Under the pieces are notes generated by a model that saw only the letters and a list, made by a program, of their open reading frames with translations, had not been told where the DNA came from and did not search any database. A stretch of 64,000 nucleotides of DNA from assembly GCA_963693365.1 (NCBI GenBank), contig CAVNZM010000012.1:6894889-6958888 (forward strand), given 5' to 3'. Below are positions 45,148 through 64,000 of the stretch, piece by piece. Position 1 is the first letter of the stretch, and each line of letters opens with the position of its first letter. Source of the DNA: Amoebidium appalachense. Its lineage: Eukaryota > Protista > Ichthyosporea. The position numbers were made by a program, and so were the translations under genes.

Positions 45148-46400
45148 CTTCGCCCTTTCCACCTCTGTTGGAGCAGTAGCAGCTCCAAAATGCAGCCTTG
45201 ACACAGATGAGCCCAGTTTCGCTGTTGGCTTTGACCTCTTTCTCTCGGTTCTCTCTCTCTTGCCTCTCTCGTTCTCCTGCTTTGACACGCACGGAAAGTT
45301 GGGGGTTTTGCTGTGTGTCCGCATGTTGTCTCGTCTTTTTCCATTTGTTGGTTTGCGCACCAAAGCGACGCGTGTGAATGACCCTGTGAGATTTGACGCA
45401 CCACAAATTCATTTGAAAGCAGCCACTAGGATTTTAGGGCGCGTTCACGGAAGAAATGTGATTGGTGGATTGTTGGATGGAAGAGGAGGTTTTGCCGGTT
45501 CAATTTGTGTGTTGAGATGGTTTAAAGCAGGTTGTGGCTGTTTTATGGTCGTATTAGCTCTAGTTAAAAGCAGGCGTTTTTGTATTAATGTTCTCTAATA
45601 TAGGCTTATGAGATATAAAAGGGCACTTCTAGGCTGCGACTCTAAGCTTGATTAATGATACATACATTAGCAGCAAAGTGTTGTACTTTCATGCAGGAGA
45701 TATTGTACTTCTGACTTTAAGCGAATCACAAGCGGGTTAGATGAAGCTTAATGACAGCCGCTATGCTCGTGTTGGTGACCTTTATCCAATAACATCGCCT
45801 CTGTGGTGCCGCGTAAACCAATAGGATATCGCTAGCTAAAGAGTACAGAGTGCCTAAGATAAACTTTTAACAGAAAAAACCGTGTATGTATACAATAGTG
45901 GGGGTTTACACACTTTTTATTGCGTGGACACTGCCGGAGGCCCAGCCACATTCGACGGCCTACTACGTTTTCCAGCGCAGCCAATCAAATGCAGCCAGTG
46001 ACATATGTACATACTAGGCAACAATGAGCGCCATCGTAGTATATGACACCCCTATTACATATTATGGGTAAGCAGAGGCTAGCATCGGTAGCTCCGAAAG
46101 AAAGTTAAGGCACCGGATCACAATATCATACTGTGCAGCATTAATAAGGTGATCTAGGATAGTCATCTTAAAACGGATATATTGAGGAAGAGAGGAAGAA
46201 AAGAGAATAAAACCGCCAATAACCTCCGGTTCTAATACATTAGCTAACACGTTGCATTTATTAATAGGTATGCAGCCGCGAGTAAACCGCCCCCCACACA
46301 TATTACACATACGAGCAGGAGACACCAGAAACCGGTTACACCGCCAAGCCATAATCATCTTTGCGTTTTTACACCACACCACATCACGAATAAACGAATC

Positions 46401-46456
46401 TAGTGGTCGGCTGCATACAGGGCTAAAGGGACATAAATTATGCCCTTTTAGCCCTG
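46401..46456. repeat. Palindrome-containing sequence with an inverted copy at 54294-54339
   Basis: TAGTGGTCGGCTGCATACAGGGCTAAAGGGACATAAATTATGCCC matches the reverse complement of 54294-54339 with few mismatches. Confidence 0.8.
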
Positions 46457-46592
46457 ACGACCTATCAGATTGATCGATGCGATTGGTGGATCTGTCAATC
46501 GTCATCAATTTAGATCGTTCATTTAGCCCTGATCACCCGAGGCAGTTTGCTGGAGGAGGAAGGGGTGGGTGGTGGTGGTGGTGTGTGTGTGT

Positions 46593-46641
<49 letters not shown>

Positions 46642-47244
46642 GATGGAGGAGGGGGTGGGGGCGGGGGGGGGGGGGGGGGGGGGGGGGGAGAGGGAAGGGG
46701 AAACAGGCATGCACACCTTGCGCCGTCGTCTGAGAAGGAAAAGGTCTCCACCTGGGCCATACTGCCGGTGAGGACGCGTGGGAGGCATCTGAAAGGACAC
46801 ACTGCATTAGCTGATGTCTAGCAAAGGAGTGTCTGTTGTGTATGCAGCTGTTTTACTTGGGAGGGGCACAGATGACCTGCAGCCACCGGGGTAGAACGGC
46901 CAAATATCTGCAAGAAGTTTAAGTCAGTTCTGTTACTCCAGCTAATTATAAGCGAGGTGTGGGAACGGGTATAAAAAGGAGTACATGTCGTTTGGATTTC
47001 AGTCTTTGGTTTTCGTTTTAGCGTTTGTGTGAGTGACTGGCATCAGAGGTAAAAGGGATTTGTAGAGTTAGTTGGTTGAACTAAGTTTGGTGGTGCTAGT
47101 GTAAAAGCGCACAAACTAGTTGCCTTAGCTAGCTGTCCTTTTTTTCTGTTAATTTCCCCGCCCTCCCAGCCCTGTTGTGGGGATAGATGAAGGGGTGTCC
47201 TTGGCCATTGCGCGTTAGGGACACTGTTTCCTTCTTTGGGGTAG

Positions 47245-47323
<79 letters not shown>

Positions 47324-48329
47324 GTACGTGCACTTACATGCACGTACACACACCATAGTTTTCGTGGTTCGTTAGATGTCCATCAACAGTTACTCATAAT
47401 ATTCTTTTAGAGTATTTATTTTATTTTCAAAATAATAAACTTCCGTACTTGCCTCTGATTTCATGTCCATGAGTCTCGGGGAGCCACGACGGTAGCAAGA
47501 AATGGTCTTGCCTCCGGCAAGAAATGACAGGTGAGTACTACCCGGTAACCAGACGCGCTCCCTAAACTTCCTCCCCCCAGATCATAGACGTATGCTGAGG
47601 GCCCCTGACGAGAATTTTGCCCAAGTCTTTTGAAGTTTTATAAGTCACGTTCGCCATCTTGCCTGGATTCCTCAACTGCGTTTTGGCGCCATTACAGTGT
47701 GCCTCGAACCCTACAAAAAAAAAATACGTTTCATACGCGCCTGAAAGCCCCTGCAGCTCTGAGGGCTCAGCGAGCCACCTTGCCTCTTACCTAGCACGTA
47801 CTCGCATAGGCAACGTTTAGCAAGGAGCGAACTTAAAGCTGTGTAACATAACGTCCACGGAAACCGTTAGTAGGAAACTTGGAAAGATACAACAGCACAT
47901 TGTTGCCCTACCAGTGAAAGAGGCAGTGTGGGAGTGTGGGTAGGCACTTGTTCCAACCTCTGAAACAGCCTGGTGTGGTGAAACATGAATCCGGCGGCGG
48001 TTGCCTCTGTTGAAAAAGTTGAAAACGTTGAACATAATACGGTGCTCCGCCGGCGGACAGACGGCAAGCCCTTCGTAGTAATGTGGCGCCATGCGCCACA
48101 GATAGGTGTTTATGCAGGGGACAAGTTAAATCCTCAAAAGAGGGCTACCTCAGTGGATCCGGCTGAATTTTTACTGGGCAGCTATGTCAGGGAATACGGT
48201 ATGTCTAACCCTCCTCCCCCTCCCCCCTTCCCACCCCCCCCCCCCCCCCCCCTTCCCCCTTCCCTCCGTCCCCAGCCCTTGTTTTCCCCTCCTGCATCAT
48301 CATCCCCCTCCCCCCCCCCCCCCCCCCCC

Positions 48330-49245
48330 TCCCCCGGTCTGTCGGTCGTACTGTCGAATTGCTTATTTGCTTTTTGCTTCTGTGCTTCCTTTCTTCTTTG
48401 CTGCTGTGCTTCCTTGCTTCTGTGCTTCTTTGCTTCTTTGCTTCTGTGCTTCTTTGCTTCTTTGCTTCTTTGCTTCTTTCCTCCTTTGCTTCTTTGCTTC
48501 TTTCCTCCTTTGCTTCGTTGCCTCTGCCCTTCTGTGCCTCTTCGATTATTTGCCTATCAACACCCTCTTCCACCCCCCACCCCCCCCCTCCCCTCCTCCC
48601 CCCCTTGGGAAGCAAACAACCCTCGCTCCACCCCTCCCCCCCCCCCCCCTTCCCCCCTCCGTCCCCATCCCTTGTCTTCCCCTCCTGTATCATCATCCCC
48701 CCCTCCCCCCCCCCCCCCCCCCCCCCCTCGCCCGGTCGGTGGGTCTTCCTGTCGAATTGCTTCTTTGCTTCTTTGCTTCTGTGCTTCTGTGCTTCTTTGC
48801 TTCTTTGCTTCTGTGCTTCTTTGTTTCTTTGCTTCTTTTCTTCTTTGCTTCTGTCCTTCTGTGCTACTTCGGTTATCTGCCTATCAACACCCCCTTCCCT
48901 CCCCCCCTTCCCCCCCACCCCCCACCCCCTGGAAGCAAACACCCCTCCCTCGCCCCTCCCTCTCCCCCGTTCCCTATCCTTTATTCTCCCCTCCTGTATC
49001 ATCACCCCCCCTTCCTCCCCCGCACCCCCCCACCCCCTCCGCCCCCCCCCCCTCCCCCCCCCCTCACCCCGGTCGGTGGGTTTTACTGTCGAAGGGCTTT
49101 CGCAACATGTTGCTTGCCTATCTTGCCATGTCCTTAGCTTCTTGTTCCTGTGTTAGTTGCTTCTTTGCTTCTTTGCTTCTTTGCTTCTTTGCTTCTGTGC
49201 TTCTGTGCTTCTTTGCGTCTGTGCTGCCTTGCTTCATTGCCTCCT

Positions 49246-49277
<32 letters not shown>

Positions 49278-50660
49278 CCCCTTCCCCCCCTCTCCCCTCC
49301 CCTTCCTCTCCCATCCCCCCTCCCCCCCCCCGGAAGCAAACACCCCTTACCTCTCCCCCTCCCCCCCCCCCCCTTCTCCCCTCCCTCCCTCCCCCCTCCC
49401 CCCCCCCCCCCCCCCCCCCCCGCCTCAAGTTCCTCTCCCTCCCCATCCCTTATTGTCTGCCCCTGTATCATCACCCCCCCTCCTGCGCCCTCCTTACCCC
49501 CTCCCCTCGGTACGCTCGGTGGGTCTTACTGTCTAAGGGCTTTCGCAACATGTTTGGTTGCTTGCCTATCGTGCCATGTCCTTAGCATCTTTTTTGTTCC
49601 TGTGTTTCTTCTTTGCTTCTTTGCTTCTTTGCTTCTTTGCTTCTTTGCTTCTTTGCTTCTTTCCTTCTTTGCTCTCATCCCCCCCCCCCCCCCCCCCCCC
49701 TTTTGTTTCATTCGCCTTTGTGTGTGTCCTGCACGCGCTTCCTATCACGTAGTTGTAGTGTACCACGCTCCACATTCTAAGATTTCCCTCTCCCTCCCCC
49801 CCCCCCCTCCCTCCCTCCCCCCCCCCCCCCCTCCCCCCCCTTATTTCCCATCCTCCCCTCCCCCCTTCTACCACCCACCCCTTCACCCACCCCTTGCTCC
49901 TCTCACACATCCATTTGTTTCCATCCCCCCCTCCCCCCCCCCCCCCCCCCCCCCCCTCGCGGGGTGGGCCCCATGGTCGAAGGGCTTTCACATTTGTCAC
50001 CTGTCTTGCCATTTTCGTCTTGCTTGCTTTTTAGGTTCTTAACTTCTGTGCTTGTGTGCTTGTGTGCTTCTGTGCTTCTTTGTTTCTTTGCTTCTTTGCT
50101 TCTTTGCTTCTTTGCTTCCGTATTTATACCCCCCCCCCCCCCCCCCCCCCCCCCCCCTTACCAGACCCCTTCCCGCTTCCGTGCCTGCCTCCCCTTGCTC
50201 CTGTCCCCCCTCCCCACCTTGCGGAGGGGGACATTGCCTCTTTGCTTCTTTGCTTGTTCGCTTCTTCGCTTCTTCGCTTCTTTGGTTCGTTGAATCTTGG
50301 CTTCCTTGCCCCCCCCCCCCCCCCCCCCCCCCCTTCCAAACCATCATTATTCAAGGGCTTTCACATGTCACCTACCTTGCCATATTCTTTCCTTCTTTCC
50401 TTCTTTGCCTCTTTGCCTCTTTGCCTCTTTGCTTCTTTCCTTCTTTCCTTCTTTGCTTCTTTGCTTCTTTGCCTCTTTTCTTCTGTACTGTTAACACCCC
50501 CCTTCCCCCCCCCCCTCCCCCCCCCCCCCCCCCCCCCCCCACATACACACGGGAGGCTCCCCCCCCCTCCCCCCTCCACCATCCCCCTTCTTATTTTCCT
50601 TTTCCTCCTGGCCCCCTCCCAAGTACGTACCTCTCCCTGCTCCTCCCCCCCCCCTCCCCC

Positions 50661-50696
<36 letters not shown>

Positions 50697-51270
50697 CGAG
50701 TGGATCTCCTAGTCGAAGAACATCCACGTTTTATCTGGCCATGTTCTTTGCCCCTTTGCTTCTCTGCTTCTTTGCTTCTATGCCTTTCCTTCTTTGCTTC
50801 TCTGCTTCTCTGCTTCTATGCCTTTGCTTCTTTGCTTCCATGCTTCTTTGCTTCTATGCCTTTGCTTATTTGCTTCTATGCTTCTTTGCTTCTATGCCTA
50901 TGCTTCTTTGCTTCTTAGCTTCTTTGCTTCGATGCTTCTTTGATTCTTTTCTCCTTTGCTTCTTTGCTTCTATGCTTGTTTGCTTTGTTGCTTCTTTGTT
51001 CCTTGCTGCAGTTGCTATGTGACCGTTGTTGCCTTGTCACCCCCTCTTCCGTTAAATTTGGCTTTCCTTCTTTGCTTTTAGTCCCCCCCTCCCTCCCCCC
51101 CTCCCCCCCGGGGCTCTGCTCTCCGTCTCATCTGCCAGTGTACCTTTCGGTTTGTCTCTGGGCCAAGGTTGCCCTCACTTTCTAGTATGTTGGCTTCGTT
51201 ACTTTTCTCCTTCTTTGCTTCTTTGCTTTTTTGCTTTTTTGCTTTTTTGCTTTTCTGCATGCCCTCCCCC
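48330..51270 (+). repeat. Complex satellite: about 7-8 degenerate units of head sequence + (TTGCTTCT)n + poly(C)
   Basis: Recurrent head GTCGAAGGGCTTTCGCAACATGTTGCTTGCCTATCTTGCCATGTCC near 49085 and 49530, more degenerate near 49975 and 50350; octamer arrays translate as LLCFFAS repeats. Confidence 0.85.
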
Positions 51271-51357
51271 CCCCCCCCCCCCCCCCCCCCTCCCTTCTCG
51301 GAGCTGCTTTTGGCATTCACATTGCACACGCGTACCCCCCCCCCCCCCCCCCCACAC

Positions 51358-51711
51358 ATCGACGGGGGAGCTTCCTAGAAGCCCCGTCTCCTGAGTTCCT
51401 ATCTATATTTTTCTTGCTTCTGCTTACTGCTGCAACTTTAACCCCCGGCCTTTCCCACTGCCCTTGCCTGCATAAGCAACCCTGCTCGTCTCTGATCAAG
51501 ACGGGTGACCTACTCATGTTCAAGTGAAACAGTATCTGAGTTGGGTTTCGTTAACGAGGGGAATAGGTCGAAACTCGGGTACTGTGGATGACGTGGGCCC
51601 CCCCTGAGGATGGGCTCTGCTTATTATGCATACTCTTTATGTATGGCTTGCATTCTGCATCGTGTTATCCGTTTGTTCTTGTGTACTTCGTACTTTTTGA
51701 CGCATTCAAAA
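51358..51711 (+). mobile_element. Family A copy 2
   Basis: Same 3' end as copy 1, about 43 bp longer at the 5' side; poly(C) on both flanks. Confidence 0.85.
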
Positions 51712-52316
51712 CCCCCCCCCCCACACACACACACACACAGGCATGGGGCCCCTATATCAATCCCTAATGTGATTGTCATGCTACTGGCTCGTGCGTGTGT
51801 GTATCACTGTTGCTGCCTTAGAATAGCGTATTTTCCTTGATTACCAGCATGCACGCCCATGTTTAGGGGGTAACCCATTGGTATCGCTATGTGACACTTT
51901 ATGGGCATGCTTGTAACGACCTTTCGATAATATGACACCTGAGGTGTTGAAATGTATTGACCTAAGAAATAACGCATATATCTGCATTTATCTGCCCAGT
52001 TGGGGTATATGTGTACAGAAGGCCCACATAGACGTACACAACACAAACAAGTGTGCGCGCATGCACGCGCACATGCATGCACACACACATACACACACAC
52101 ACATGCACTCATGCACGCACGCATGCACCCGCACGTACATACACCAGTATTGCGTGCACGCACGCATGCACCCGCACGTACATACACCAATACACCCAGG
52201 GAGCCCATTTGAACACAACGAAGCCGGACTCTATCGTGGCAGCTCCACAGAGAACTGAATCTTTGTCAATAAATTCACCAAACCACCTTGAATTTCAGTG
52301 AGTTCGGATGGAATAA

Positions 52317-52365
<49 letters not shown>

Positions 52366-52480
52366 CGCGCGCGCGTGCATGCACGCACACAACTGTTGTG
52401 GTATCGTGTAGCACGGCCACACACACACACACACACACACAGCTGTGTGCGCGGGCCACACACACACACACACAAAGGCG

Positions 52481-52523
<43 letters not shown>

Positions 52524-52524
52524 G

Positions 52525-52566
<42 letters not shown>

Positions 52567-52572
52567 CGCGCG

Positions 52573-52636
<64 letters not shown>

Positions 52637-54715
52637 TGCTTGCGCGCACACACACACACCATACATTCCAGTACAAATACACACACCCTGGGGCTCGTAT
52701 ATATAGAACACAATGCTGTGTTTAGAATGTCGGTAGGAGCAAGAACTTCCATGGAATATGGTGTGTGTCCTAGATCAGTAAATAGTGGGGGGTTTCTCAG
52801 TCACGAGAACACTATTCCAACTTTTTGCACTCAGCATGCACCAGACGCACATGAAACACCGACATGAATCGAATATTATCGCATACAAATGGAGACCTTT
52901 GTAGACACACACAACACATACATGCCAACATGGGCGTGACATTCACACGACGACGTCACTCCACCTCCCACCTGCCCCCCCCCCCCCCCCCCCCCCCCTC
53001 TCCCCCTCCTCCCCTCCCTCCGGTGACACAAGCTCACACAGAGGCGGTGCCACTTGCGCACGTTCAAACTTCGTCTACATAGAATCCCCCCCCCTCCCCC
53101 CCCCCTCCCCCCGCCCCTCTCCCCCCCCCCCCACCCCCTTCCCCCCCCTTCTCACCCCCTTCCCCACCCCCTCCCCCAAACACATACACGCGTGTGCATC
53201 CTCGCGCTCCCTGTTCGTGTGTGTGTGTGGGAGAGGGGGGAGGGGGGGGGGGGGGGGAGGGAGGGGGAGGCCTAAGAGGGCGCGGCAGGCACGTGAGGGG
53301 GGGGGGGGGGGGGGGGGAGGGTGGGGGGGGGGGGGGGAGAAGGTGAACTTGATGTTGTGGTGTTTTTGTGTGCCCGTATACATGTGGGCGCAAGTCGTTT
53401 GTCATTGGAATTCGGTCCACAGGTTAAGGGCTAAGCTGTACCCAAAGAAGTCTCACGCGGTTCAGAGCTAATAAAAAGAACTAAAGACACTTGTGTCCCA
53501 ACTTGATATGCTGCACGTGGATCTCGACCGCTAGTAGAAATCCGACGGATACCGACAGTCGACTAAAGCCCATTTCATGGGCCACAAGGACAGAATGCAC
53601 ACGCTTGTAATTTGTTCGTTTTTCGCCTTACACTTATTCTCGCAAGGAGAGACTTGGGATACCGTGTCCGGCGTTCGGTGAGTGGAGCCTACGGTTGTAC
53701 CCCTAAAGTTGTCAACAGGCGCATGCTGGGTAAGCCTGGTGGGACTTGGAGATTGTTCAGCAAACTAATTTCTAAACCCGTCTGGGCGCCGAAGATTCAA
53801 GTCACCCTACACCAAATTTAAACATTAAAATTTGATTAAAAGTCTGGGGAGCCAGTATGGATACATACCCCTTAAGGGGCCCTTAGGGCCTTAAGGGGGC
53901 CAAACTGCTTACAAGGGAGTGGGAGGGGGCCCGCATTCAATTTTTTATTTTTTTTCTTCTTTTGACTCGGGTTTGTTGTTCCGTTGATGAAGGCAACGTG
54001 CAGCCACAGGCTACATACCCACCAATAGAACTGAAAAAGCCAAAGCTACGAAATAAAATAAATCTTTTTTCTTTTGACTCGGTTTCATTCGAAGCAGTTT
54101 CTTTTTAATAATAATGATATGCTCATGAAATGCATATGAGAAGCAAGCCGGATCGATCGGAATAGCCCTAGATATTTGATTGGCTTTCGGATTTAGATCT
54201 TATATCGCGATTGGTCAGCTATAGCCAATTGCGGCGAACCATCAGATTTTGTTCAATTTAGCTGGAGCGTATTGAAAGGCTATCCGGGCCATTGGGGCAT
54301 AAATTATGCCCCTTTAGCCCTGTATGCATCCAACCACTGGTCGGATGTTGAACACGCGTGGGGCAACGGTTGGGCCCGATCAAATAAAATATTTGAAAGA
54401 TAGAACGAGCACAATATTGTTAATTCATAATAGCTAGGCCAATGTGAACCATGTCAAATACTATATAGGAGACCCCATGGATACCGGAGTTCCTGCCTTA
54501 CGGTACGCGCGGCACGCGCCGGTCGACCTAGGCCTCAAGAGGATCCATCTGGCCCTATGCCAAGCCAAACAAGTACTCGCGCGCCGAGCAAACACGCGTG
54601 CACGTGCATATGCATGTCGTGTGTGCCTGGGCCTTCGAATTCGAGCTCCCTCCATCTCCTCCCCCCTCCCCCCCCCCCCTCCCCCCCCCCCCCCCCCCCC
54701 CCCCGCCGAGTCCCC

Positions 54716-54753
<38 letters not shown>

Positions 54754-55589
54754 CGGCCCCTCGCTCTCTCTCTCTACCCCCTCCCCCACTGTGGAATAAT
54801 TCACTCGCACATATTAGCGAAGAGTCTACCGAGGCGATGCGGGATTAAATCGATATCCATGGAGGGTTTGGAGGGCGGGGGCCAGGGGGGGAGAGGGGGG
54901 AGGGGAAAGGGGGAGGGGAGGGGAGGGGAGGGGAGGGGGAGGAGGGTGTAAAGGGAATAGGTAGGGAGTGGGTCTAAGAACAGTCAAGGAAAGTAAGTGT
55001 GTAATGTTTACTTCTAGTCACAACACGCGTACTATCTCGAGAGTATCTAAGTGCCTACTCAGAGTAGAGTGTTTGCGTCTGACCGAGGCTTTCGTTATAT
55101 AGTTGCACGGAGAGCCCAGTCTCCACGAGATCCAATAGGAGAGTATTAACATTTTCCATATATGACTATAATGAATTCCAGCTGATAAACAAATGACTAA
55201 ACAACCAATCGGAACTCTACATTCTATAGAGTACATGCAATGTCAATCTTCCGAGCGCAGGCCACATGCAGTGTCAATCTTCTCAATCGCGTGCCACTTT
55301 GCATGTGCATAAACTATTGGTACACGTGCAGGGGTTGTCACACACACACATGCGTAACAGGGGCGTAACACGTGATGTGTCAACATACAAAGCTATGATG
55401 TAATAGTGATGTAATTGTTACGTAATGATGAGGTAATTGCCAAGGACTGTGTACTACGTGTACGTGTCAAATGGTTGCTATCTACTTGTATGCATATCTA
55501 GCTTGCGGAAACGACAGAAATGATCTACAAAGGGGGGGGGGGGGGGGAGGGAGGGGCTACGAAAGGGTGTCTGAAACGCTATAACCTAA

Positions 55590-55646
<57 letters not shown>

Positions 55647-56152
55647 GGCTTCGAATTCACTGTACGTTCCGGCGGCCGGCCGTCAACTGCGGCATGTTGC
55701 AGATAGATACCAGTTTTGTTTCCAGCTCCTGCAAAAGCCGAGCAAGCTCGCGCCGAAGAGCTCGAGTGTACATGTGCACCTAGGTCTTGATTTCCTTGCA
55801 ACACGAAAATAATCATTATACGTGTGTGTTGTAGCCAGTTTGTGAGATCTCGAGTGTGTCGACGTCAGTAAATTTGGATGCGAGGACCGAACACACGTGT
55901 TTCATTAATAGCTAGCATATGTATGACCTTTAAATTCGCAGGCGCATGAGTTACTACGCGTATATTCCTACTGATAATTATCGAGTAACTATCATAGCCA
56001 CACCCACATGCGGATGCATGCATGCATGCATGCGTTGCCGAATTTATGTATGCAAAAGCCAGGGGCATGTGGGATATATCACGTACACTTCCGAATGACA
56101 AGGAACAGTTTTATTCACATAACACAAACGCATGAAACTGCACATGTAGGGG

Positions 56153-56195
<43 letters not shown>

Positions 56196-56671
56196 AAATA
56201 TATATATATATATATCCATTGCTTACTTACTTTCTTTCCTTTTGGCCCTCGATTTATTTTGACCACATCTTACGACATATGTGCACTGCACTATATTCAA
56301 TACGTGTATCACTCAAAGTAATACCATAAGATCTTTATCCAAATTCCGCTTCGTGGTTTCGAACGTCAAAAATCAAACATCTATACATTCAACATTTCCT
56401 AAATAAAGCGTCTGATTTGTGCCGCTCAACTCTCCCCAGGACCATGAAAACCTCTTGGCAAAAAGCTATAGTGTGTGTGTGTGTGTGTGTGCGCGCGCGC
56501 GCGTGCGTTCGCATGTGTGTGCATTTGTGCGTGTTTGCGTGTGTGTCGTTAAGTTGGCACGTGTGCCCAGCACACAGAAAAACTCGCCCGGCACCGTACG
56601 GCTAACAATTTCATCGAACTTGCACTTTGTTTCATAACCTGCCAATATAATAAAATACTATGATGGTAAAG

Positions 56672-56722
<51 letters not shown>

Positions 56723-57104
56723 AAAAAAAAAAAAAAAAACAATCCCCCCACGCCCGCCTCCCGCGTTCCAGCTGCCTCCATGAAGCAAACATTTTAGAGC
56801 ATTATTAAGTTGAGAAGGGCAACGACAAAGTAAATTAAAGGACCCGGAAGAGTAAACACGAACAGAGCTGTTGAACACACTGAAATCGTAGATGCACACC
56901 AAACTCGCATGCATCACAACACCCCCCCACCCCCCCCCCCACCAAAAATATTAAAATAAAAAATACAAATCCTCCTATTTGAAACCCCCCCCCCCCCCCC
57001 CCCCCCCCCCATTGGAACTTCCCCCCTCCCCTTTACTTTTTTCCAACAACCTTTTCAAAACCAAACCAAATCTTTTATACTGAAGTGAAACAGTATAAAT
57101 CAGC

Positions 57105-63397
<6,293 letters not shown>

Positions 63398-63402
63398 CTC
63401 GA

Positions 63403-63461
<59 letters not shown>

Positions 63462-63599
63462 TGTGTGTGTACGTGTGTGTCTGTATGTGTATAAAAGGGT
63501 GTGTGTTTACATGATGTATGTGTGTACTTGCAGGTGGACGTGTGTGTACGTGCGTGTGTGAGTGAGTGATTGAGTGTGGGCGTGTGTGTGTCTGGGCGC

Positions 63600-63790
63600 G
63601 AGCACGTCGAAAAAGCAGACATGTAAATGAAACTAAACAAGACAGCACAGTCAACCCACTGCACATTTTTCCACAAACGATTCTCAAGGGGGTCCCAACT
63701 CATCCACAGTTTCATCTTATTCCCCCTCGTCGACGAAACCCCAACTCAGATACTGTTTCACTTGAACATAGGGTGGGTCACACGTCTTGA
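63600..63790 (-). mobile_element. Diverged family A-related copy
   Basis: Shares ATGTTCAAGTGAAACAGTATCTGAGTTGGG and TTTCGT..ACGAGGGG with family A; ends next to (CA)n instead of poly(C). Confidence 0.7.
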
Positions 63791-63807
63791 TAAGGGGATG
63801 GAGGGGG

Positions 63808-63876
<69 letters not shown>

Positions 63877-63903
63877 CGCGCGTGATAAGGGGATGGGGGG
63901 GGG

Positions 63904-63965
<62 letters not shown>

Positions 63966-64000
63966 GTGTGTGTGTCCGCGCGCGCGCGTGCGTGTGCTTG

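Noticed and set aside
47985-50042. 685-aa ORF with LLCFFAS repeats
   Set aside because: Open only because the C/T-rich satellite lacks stops; just the first 70 or so codons are complex sequence.
51866-52300. Faint likeness of decayed islands to KDZ/Zisupton transposase motifs
   Set aside because: Requires switching frames and the key acidic residues are absent.

Overview
Eukaryotic genomic window, species not identifiable from sequence, saturated with poly(C)/poly(G) runs and (CA)n/(TG)n/(GA)n microsatellites; most ORFs in the supplied track are repeat artefacts. Host genes: a complete 5-exon phospholipase B-like gene (8124-15675, +), a complete 5-exon mitochondrial-type ribosomal protein bL17 gene (38310-42937, +), the last 5 exons of an ABCB6/HMT1-like half ABC transporter (57105 to about 63400, -, running off the window), an intronless ORF with a SERTA-like motif (44608-45147, -) and a frameshifted claudin-like membrane gene (32786 to about 33560, -). 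Mobile DNA: a 5'-truncated RT+RNase H non-LTR retrotransposon with poly(A) tail and 17-bp TSD (20371-25477, -), an internally deleted Helitron with a classic hairpin+CTAG 3' end (to 36494), and a Penelope-like (Naiad/Chlamys-type) RT embedded in poly(C) inside an ABC-gene intron (61973-63171, -). Most interesting signal: near-identical, variably 5'-truncated short elements, plus several diverged relatives, whose 3' ends abut poly(C) in a fixed orientation and which share a GAAAC...CTGTGGA...CCCCTGA(T/G)GATGGGCTCTG motif, suggesting a poly(C)-primed retroposition system driven by the Penelope-like RT. Several introns also lack a polypyrimidine tract at the acceptor. Homopolymer lengths, and frameshifts within them, may be sequencing artefacts. 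All family assignments come from motif recognition by eye, not database searches.
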